Below are positions 26,138-31,782 of a stretch of 31,782 nt of DNA, one piece after another. How positions within the stretch are numbered: position 1 is the stretch's first letter; each line of letters starts with the position of its first letter. Source of the stretch: Bacilli bacterium (lineage in GTDB: Bacteria > Bacillota_I > Bacilli_A > RF39 > UBA660); the NCBI GenBank assembly GCA_024698845.1, contig JAILQR010000093.1, forward strand, positions 1-31,782. Direction: 5' to 3'. A program made the translations under genes and the position numbers. The notes under the pieces are model-generated. The model searched no databases. It was given only the letters and a program-made list of their open reading frames with translations, and had not been told where the DNA came from.

Positions 26138-26563
26138 TTAAAACATATTATTAGCTCTTTTTAAATCTCTTTCTTTAATTGTTTCTCTCTTGTCGTAAAG
26201 TTTTTTACCCTTACAAACACCAACTAAAACTTTAACATAACTACCCTTAAAGTACATCTTAAGAGGTATTAATGTTAAACCTTCTAGTTTTATTTTTTCT
26301 TCTAATTTTTTTATTTCTTTTTTGTGTAAAAGAAGTTTTCTACTTCTTCTCTCGTCATGATTAAACTGATTACCTTCTTCATACTTAGCAATGTATGCAT
26401 TTGTTAATACTGCTTCGCCTTTTTTTATGTGGACAAAACTATCTTTTAAATCAACTGAGCCTTTTCTAACTGACTTAATTTCTGTCCCAACTAAAGCAAT
26501 ACCAGCTTCAAGTTCTTCTAAAACAAAGTAATCAAATCTAGCTTTCTTGTTTATTATTTCCAT
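26138..26563 (-). CDS. smpB: SsrA-binding protein SmpB
   Basis: NKKARFDY, EAGIALVGTEIKS, RKLLLHKKEI and GKKLYDKRE motifs. Start set at ATG 26563. Confidence 0.97.
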   Translation of the reverse strand: MEIINKKARFDYFVLEELEAGIALVGTEIKSVRKGSVDLKDSFVHIKKGEAVLTNAYIAKYEEGNQFNHDERRSRKLLLHKKEIKKLEEKIKLEGLTLIPLKMYFKGSYVKVLVGVCKGKKLYDKRETIKERDLKRANNMF

Positions 26564-28658
26564 TACTATCACAAAGTTCAAAATCTATCATAGAAGCTTC
26601 TTTAGAAGCAGCTATGACTTTAACGTGAACTTCATCTCCTATTCTATAGATTTTCTTAGTATCTTTACCAACAAGAGATAAAAGATCAGGTACATAATTA
26701 TACATATCGTCTTTTAAATTTCTAACATGAACTAAACCTTCAATTAAATTAGGAAGTTCAACAAAGAAACCAAATGATGTTACACTAGTGATAATACCAT
26801 CATATTCTTCACCAATATGTCTTTCCATATATTCCGCCATCTTCATATCATCAACATCACGTTCTGCATTAATTGCAGCTTGTTCTCTTTCACTTGAATG
26901 TTCAGCAATTTGAACTAAGGCAGAATTGTAATAATTTATAGTATTCATAGACATATCATTATTAAATAAATATGTTCTTAATAATCTATGAACAGTAAGG
27001 TCTGGAAAACGCCTAATTGGACTTGTGAAGTGAGTATAGTTCTCACTAGCTAGACCAAAGTGCCCTATATTATCTTTTGTATATACAGCCTTTTTCATAC
27101 TTCTTAAAAGCATGCTTGATAAAATTTTAAATTCTTTCTTTTCATGTAATTCATTAAGAAGTTTTTGCATTGTAAGTGGAGTAAGTGAATTAACCTTAGT
27201 TTCCAGTTTATAACCTAGTTGCTTAACTAGCTTTAAGAAATCTTCAATTTTTTCTTCACTAGGAATATCATGAACACGGTAAATAAATGGAAGATCCATG
27301 TTGCTTATATATTCAGCAACCGTTTCATTAGCTATAATCATGAAGTTTTCAATTAATTTTTCTCCATCTCCACGTTCAACTTTAATAATATCAATTGCAA
27401 CTCCATCATCATCTTGAATAATTTTGGGTTCATCAAGATCAAAATCTATATATCCTTTTTTTACTTGATTTTTACGAAGAAGTTTTGCAAGTTCATTCAT
27501 TTTTAATAAGGTTTCCTTACATTCTTCATAACCATCAGGTACTTCATTATCCATTAGTATTTTATTAACATCTTTATAAGTCATTTTCTTGCGACTCTTG
27601 ATATAACTTGGATAAATTTCAGACACTATAACATTACCATTTTTATTAATAACCATATCACATGTGATTGATAACCTTATAACACCTTCGTTAAGTGAAC
27701 AAATACCATTAGATAATTTATGAGGTAACATTGGAATAACTGTATCTGCTAAGTATGATGAGGTACCTCTTTCAAATGCAGCATCACCAAGTGCAGTATT
27801 ATCTTTAACATAATAACTAACATCAGCTATATGTACACCCAAGCGATAGTTATCATCTTCCATTTCTAAACTTATAGCATCGTCGATATCTTTTGTATCA
27901 GCACCATCTATAGTAAAGATCATTTTATTAGTTAAATCACGTCTATTATATAAATCTTTATCTAAAACTTTAGTTGGTATATTTTCGAGTTCTTTTTCAA
28001 CATCTTTTCCGAAGTCATCATATATACCATACTTATATGCTATGCACTTAATATCCATTTTAGGATCATTTTTGTGACCTAAAACTTTAATTACAGCTCC
28101 TGCGTAAGTATTAACAGCAAGCGTTTTACCAATAGATACTAGAACCTTACTTCCTTCAACACAGTTTTTAAGTGTAGATTGTTCTAGTTTTATTTTAATA
28201 CCCAAGTTATCTTCTTCTGGTTTAAAGTACATTTTTCCTCTTTTATCTAGTACTATTTCACCAACAATATTCTTTAAATCTCTTTTAAGAATTTCAATAA
28301 CTCTTCCTTCTGGCTTTAACCCTTTTTTAGTTATTTCACACGTTACTAAATCATTATTAATTGCACCATTTAAATTATCTGCAGAAATATATAAATCATC
28401 TTCTTTAGGAATAAGTACAAATCCAAAACCTTTTCGATTAACTTGTAATTTTCCACAGTATACTCCTGGGCAGTTATCAAATAAAATGTATTTTCCCTTA
28501 TTAGTTCTAAATATTTCACCATTTTTTTGCATTTCATCAAGTAACGCAGTAATTTCGTTTAATTCATCTATTGTATGAAGTGCAAGCAAATTATAAATAT
28601 CTATAACTTCTAAAGCTTTCTTTTCTTTTTGTAAATAAGTTAATATTTTTTCTTTCAT
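26538..28658 (-). CDS. rnr: ribonuclease R
   Basis: GFGFV cold-shock domain, RNB catalytic FTIDGADTKDIDDA, HFTSPIRRFPDL, C-terminal S1. Start at ATG 28658 after AGGAGT. Confidence 0.97.
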   Translation of the reverse strand: MKEKILTYLQKEKKALEVIDIYNLLALHTIDELNEITALLDEMQKNGEIFRTNKGKYILFDNCPGVYCGKLQVNRKGFGFVLIPKEDDLYISADNLNGAINNDLVTCEITKKGLKPEGRVIEILKRDLKNIVGEIVLDKRGKMYFKPEEDNLGIKIKLEQSTLKNCVEGSKVLVSIGKTLAVNTYAGAVIKVLGHKNDPKMDIKCIAYKYGIYDDFGKDVEKELENIPTKVLDKDLYNRRDLTNKMIFTIDGADTKDIDDAISLEMEDDNYRLGVHIADVSYYVKDNTALGDAAFERGTSSYLADTVIPMLPHKLSNGICSLNEGVIRLSITCDMVINKNGNVIVSEIYPSYIKSRKKMTYKDVNKILMDNEVPDGYEECKETLLKMNELAKLLRKNQVKKGYIDFDLDEPKIIQDDDGVAIDIIKVERGDGEKLIENFMIIANETVAEYISNMDLPFIYRVHDIPSEEKIEDFLKLVKQLGYKLETKVNSLTPLTMQKLLNELHEKKEFKILSSMLLRSMKKAVYTKDNIGHFGLASENYTHFTSPIRRFPDLTVHRLLRTYLFNNDMSMNTINYYNSALVQIAEHSSEREQAAINAERDVDDMKMAEYMERHIGEEYDGIITSVTSFGFFVELPNLIEGLVHVRNLKDDMYNYVPDLLSLVGKDTKKIYRIGDEVHVKVIAASKEASMIDFELCDSNGNNKQES

Positions 28659-28659
28659 A

Positions 28660-29028
28660 TTAAACTCCTGATAATGTGCAAGTTTTCTTACCATTCGAAT
28701 CCCAACTTACACTTATTTGAAGTGATGGATTAATTGGTTGGTTAGTTTTAGGATTAATTAAATCATCAGATATCATACCATCTTTAATTAAATCATCAAC
28801 AGAAACCGTACAATTTGGATAACAATTACTTTTCTTTACTTTATTAACAGTTAAATCAATAAACACACAGGCAGCATCTTGAACTTTAGTTTTAAATTCA
28901 GTTATTTTACTTTGTTCCCTTTTTTCTTTCATATGATTTAAATTAACAGTAACTATTGTTGCTATTAAAATCATAAGACCTATTGATGCTATTAACTCTA
29001 TTAAAGTAAACCCTTTGTTATTTTTCAT
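28660..29028 (-). CDS. prepilin-type N-terminal cleavage/methylation protein
   Basis: KGFTLIELIA class III signal, hydrophobic helix and C-terminal cysteines. Confidence 0.85.
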   Translation of the reverse strand: MKNNKGFTLIELIASIGLMILIATIVTVNLNHMKEKREQSKITEFKTKVQDAACVFIDLTVNKVKKSNCYPNCTVSVDDLIKDGMISDDLINPKTNQPINPSLQISVSWDSNGKKTCTLSGV

Positions 29029-29106
29029 TACACTTCACATCCTAACATTATTATAACTCAATTCATGAGAAATAAAAAAAGATAAAGTGTTTAATTGCCT
29101 TATCTT

Positions 29107-29325
29107 TTACATTAAAAATAATACTAATGATATAACGAAGAATACAAGTCCTAGAGCTAATGTAAGTCTACTTACAAAAAGTTCTACTCCTCTTTCCTTC
29201 ATATTTTGGAAAAGTGTTTCATTTCCACCTGTTATAATTTGTCCTGCATCACTTGCTTTATTACTTTGAAGAAGTACGATAGCAATAATTAATACAGAAA
29301 CAACTAATAATATTGTTTCTAACAT
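29107..29325 (-). CDS. secG: preprotein translocase subunit SecG
   Basis: Two TM segments with IVLLQ and LF...KERG.E motifs, in its usual position between eno and rnr. Confidence 0.9.
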   Translation of the reverse strand: MLETILLVVSVLIIAIVLLQSNKASDAGQIITGGNETLFQNMKERGVELFVSRLTLALGLVFFVISLVLFLM

Positions 29326-29382
29326 AAAATCTCACGTCCTGTCAGTAAATAATGTACCATATATACGGGTTTTATGCAACAA

Positions 29383-29407
29383 AAAAGCTACTTTCTAAGT
29401 AGCTTTT
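29383..29407 (-). terminator. terminator after eno
   Basis: AAAAGCTACT-ttcta-AGTAGCTTTT overlapping the stop codon. Confidence 0.7.
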
Positions 29408-30623
29408 CCTCTATTCTAAGCAATTGATTATATTTTGCAATTCTCTCTCCACGGCTAAGTGAACCCGTTTTAATATATGGTATAGAAAGACCTACTGCAA
29501 AATCAGAAATAAATGTATCTTCTGTTTCTCCACTTCTATGTGAAATAATTGGTACATATTTATTCTTTTTAGCTAATATTAAAGTTTCAATTGTTTCACT
29601 TACAGTACCAATTTGATTAGCTTTTATAATAATTGCATTACCAGCACCCATATCTATACCTTTTTGTAAACATCTTGAGTTAGTAACAAAATAATCATCA
29701 CCAACAAGCATTATTTTATTACCTAATAATTTAGTAATAAGTTGAAAACTTTCAAAATCATTTTCATCAAATGGATCTTCAATACTAATAATTGGATATT
29801 TATCAACAATATATGAATAGAATTTTAATAAATCTCGTGCTGATAAAACTCTATTATCTATTCTATATGTATTTGTATTTTCGTTATATATTTCTGATGC
29901 AGCAACATCAAGAGCGATAAATACATCTTTACCAGGTACATAACCAGACTCATTTATAGCTTTAACAATATAAACTAAAGCGTCTTCTGTTGATCTAAGT
30001 GACGGAGCAAAACCTCCTTCATCACCAACAGCAACATGATAACCATCCTTTTTTAATATATCTTTTAAAGTATGAAACACCTCTGATCCAACTCTTAATC
30101 TTTCTTTAAAAGTTGGTACTACTGGAACAATCATAAATTCTTGAATTGCTAATCCAGAATCGGCATGTGCTCCACCATTTATAACATTCATCATAGGTAT
30201 AGGAAGAGATACTTTACTTGTAGATAAGTACTCCCATAATTCTTTACCTTCTAAATCACAAGCTGCTTTAAGTGTTGCAAGTGAAACAGCTAATGTTGCA
30301 TTAGCTCCAAGAGTACTTTTATTTGTTGTACCATCAATTTTTTGCATAATTCTATCAATAACAACTACATCAGCTTTTTTACCAATTATGGCAGGTTTAA
30401 TAATGTTATTAACATTGTTAACAGCTCTTCTGACGCCTTTACCATGATATCTTTCATCTTTATCACGAAGTTCAAGAGCCTCTCTTGAACCAGCAGATGC
30501 ACCTGAAGGTACAGATGCTCTATAAGTTTTGTTATTATCTAGTATTAAATCTACTTCAACAGTAGGATTTCCACGACTATCAAGGATTTCTCTAGCTATT
30601 AAATCTTTAATCACTTCTATCAA
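29388..30623 (-). CDS. eno: enolase
   Basis: AREILDSRGNPTVEV, VPSGAS, VGDEGGF, SHRSGETED and IKTGS motifs. Likely start is TTG 30623 or GTG 30614. Confidence 0.98.
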   Translation of the reverse strand: MIEVIKDLIAREILDSRGNPTVEVDLILDNNKTYRASVPSGASAGSREALELRDKDERYHGKGVRRAVNNVNNIIKPAIIGKKADVVVIDRIMQKIDGTTNKSTLGANATLAVSLATLKAACDLEGKELWEYLSTSKVSLPIPMMNVINGGAHADSGLAIQEFMIVPVVPTFKERLRVGSEVFHTLKDILKKDGYHVAVGDEGGFAPSLRSTEDALVYIVKAINESGYVPGKDVFIALDVAASEIYNENTNTYRIDNRVLSARDLLKFYSYIVDKYPIISIEDPFDENDFESFQLITKLLGNKIMLVGDDYFVTNSRCLQKGIDMGAGNAIIIKANQIGTVSETIETLILAKKNKYVPIISHRSGETEDTFISDFAVGLSIPYIKTGSLSRGERIAKYNQLLRIEEKLLRK

Positions 30624-30668
30624 CACCCTTCTTAATATTAGTATAGACAATCTAAGATTTTTAAACAA

Positions 30669-30695
30669 TAAAAAAAGTAACGTTTTACGTTACTT
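30669..30695 (-). terminator. terminator after the DUF308 gene
   Basis: AAGTAACGT-ttt-ACGTTACTT hairpin with a U-tract on the minus strand. Confidence 0.65.
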
Positions 30696-30700
30696 CTTTA

Positions 30701-31276
30701 CTACTTATTTTTCTTAATTATTTCGTCTTCATGGTTATTTAATAAAACAGTATTAGCAAGTTGAATAACACCATAGAAAATTGTAAATAATCCACAAAGT
30801 TCATTATAAGTCATATTTCCAAAAGGATTAATAATTAGTAGTATTCCTAAAATATAAATTAAGATAGCAGTTACTAATGTTAATAAAGCTGCATTATTTT
30901 TCATCTTAAATAATTTAGTAGATACAACTAATTTTTGAGTTCCACACACTAACATGAACAATCCATAATAGAATGTAAGATTTGATACTATATTACCAGG
31001 ATTAATAATCATTAAAAGCCCACATAAAGCTGCTAGAACTCCAAATATTAAGTCGTATTTAGATAAGTATAATTTCTTTTCTTTCCCACTCATCCACGCA
31101 AATACGCCACCAGTTATAATAAATGTAATTCCTAAAGCACTAACAATTGTTGATAGTTTAATATAAGATTTAGCATATAAAACAAATCCTATTGTTATAA
31201 ACGCAACATAAAGCACAACCCTTGTTAAATTATTAAATTTGTAATCACTAATATCACTATTTGAAAGCTTTGTCAT
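30701..31276 (-). CDS. HdeD/DUF308-like multi-pass membrane protein
   Basis: Six hydrophobic helices with repeated G...I..P patterns, GGAGG RBS. Confidence 0.75.
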   Translation of the reverse strand: MTKLSNSDISDYKFNNLTRVVLYVAFITIGFVLYAKSYIKLSTIVSALGITFIITGGVFAWMSGKEKKLYLSKYDLIFGVLAALCGLLMIINPGNIVSNLTFYYGLFMLVCGTQKLVVSTKLFKMKNNAALLTLVTAILIYILGILLIINPFGNMTYNELCGLFTIFYGVIQLANTVLLNNHEDEIIKKNK

Positions 31277-31297
31277 ATCATCTATCCTCCTACAATA

Positions 31298-31363
31298 ATT
31301 ATACTAAAAGTTGTAAATAAGTCAATTAAGATATTTGAATTTTTAAAACATCAATGGTATAAT
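31298..31363. promoter_or_regulatory. divergent sigma-A promoters
   Basis: Minus strand: TTGACT-16-TATAAT (31325-31298). Plus strand: TTGAAT-17-TATAAT with TG extension (31335-31363). Confidence 0.65.
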
Positions 31364-31391
31364 AATTAACTATTTAAAGGGAGGTGGTTGT

Positions 31392-31782
31392 ATGATAAAA
31401 GAAATTACTGCAATTGAGTTTGACGAGTACGCCAAAAATCATGTTCTTTCTAATTTTCATCAATCATCTAACTATGCGTCTTTGATGGCAAAAAGTGGTT
31501 ATGAAAGATTATATCTTGCACTAAAAGATGATAATAACCATATTATTGGTGCCACATTATTATTAACAAAAAAAATTAAACATATATTCAAATATGGTTA
31601 TGCTCCACAAGGATTTTTAATTGATTATAAAAACGATAAAGAAGTTAGAAGTTTTACAAACGCTATGAAACAGTATGCTAAAGACAATAAAATTATCTTT
31701 ATCAAAATTAATCCAGAAATTGCAACATATATATATGATCGTAATTTAAAGAAAAAGAAATTGTCAAACTATTCAATAATTA
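31392..31782 (+). CDS. FemABX/MurM family peptidoglycan bridge aminoacyltransferase, partial (not in ORF track)
   Basis: GGGAGGTG RBS. MIKEITAIEFDEYAKNH...FHQSSNYA...YGYAPQGF...IFIKINP is open to the window end. Confidence 0.85.
   Translation, partial: MIKEITAIEFDEYAKNHVLSNFHQSSNYASLMAKSGYERLYLALKDDNNHIIGATLLLTKKIKHIFKYGYAPQGFLIDYKNDKEVRSFTNAMKQYAKDNKIIFIKINPEIATYIYDRNLKKKKLSNYSII

Noticed and set aside
25196-30717. Plus-strand ORFs 25196-25384, 25398-25667, 29087-29269 and 30529-30717
   Set aside because: Antisense to DUF3048, secG and eno, with no supporting signals.

Overview
AT-rich window from a low-GC Bacilli-type genome (standard genetic code; the 16S V1 region suggests an RF39-like uncultured lineage, which is an inference). 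Almost all genes are on the minus strand. The backbone is housekeeping: 5' end of a 16S rRNA with its promoter, DUF402 phosphatase, S41 protease, cdaA-cdaR, DUF3048, smpB, rnr, a pilin-like gene, secG, eno, DUF308 and a partial FemABX gene. The main feature is an 18,164-bp element (3705/3711 to 21868/21874) that splits a ydcC/ssdC-like sporulation lipoprotein gene. The 5' part of that gene lies at 22144-21875 and the 3' part at 3710-2964. The element is bounded by a 6-bp direct core (TACATA on the + strand) and 22/24-bp inverted arms. It encodes only a large serine recombinase, an unannotated 36-aa ORF overlapping the recombinase start, and two paralogous ~2.7k-aa surface proteins. Excision at the core restores a 338-aa gene exactly in frame. 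This fits a skin-like, developmentally excised gene-interrupting element with adhesin cargo, but excision and its timing are not shown by the sequence.
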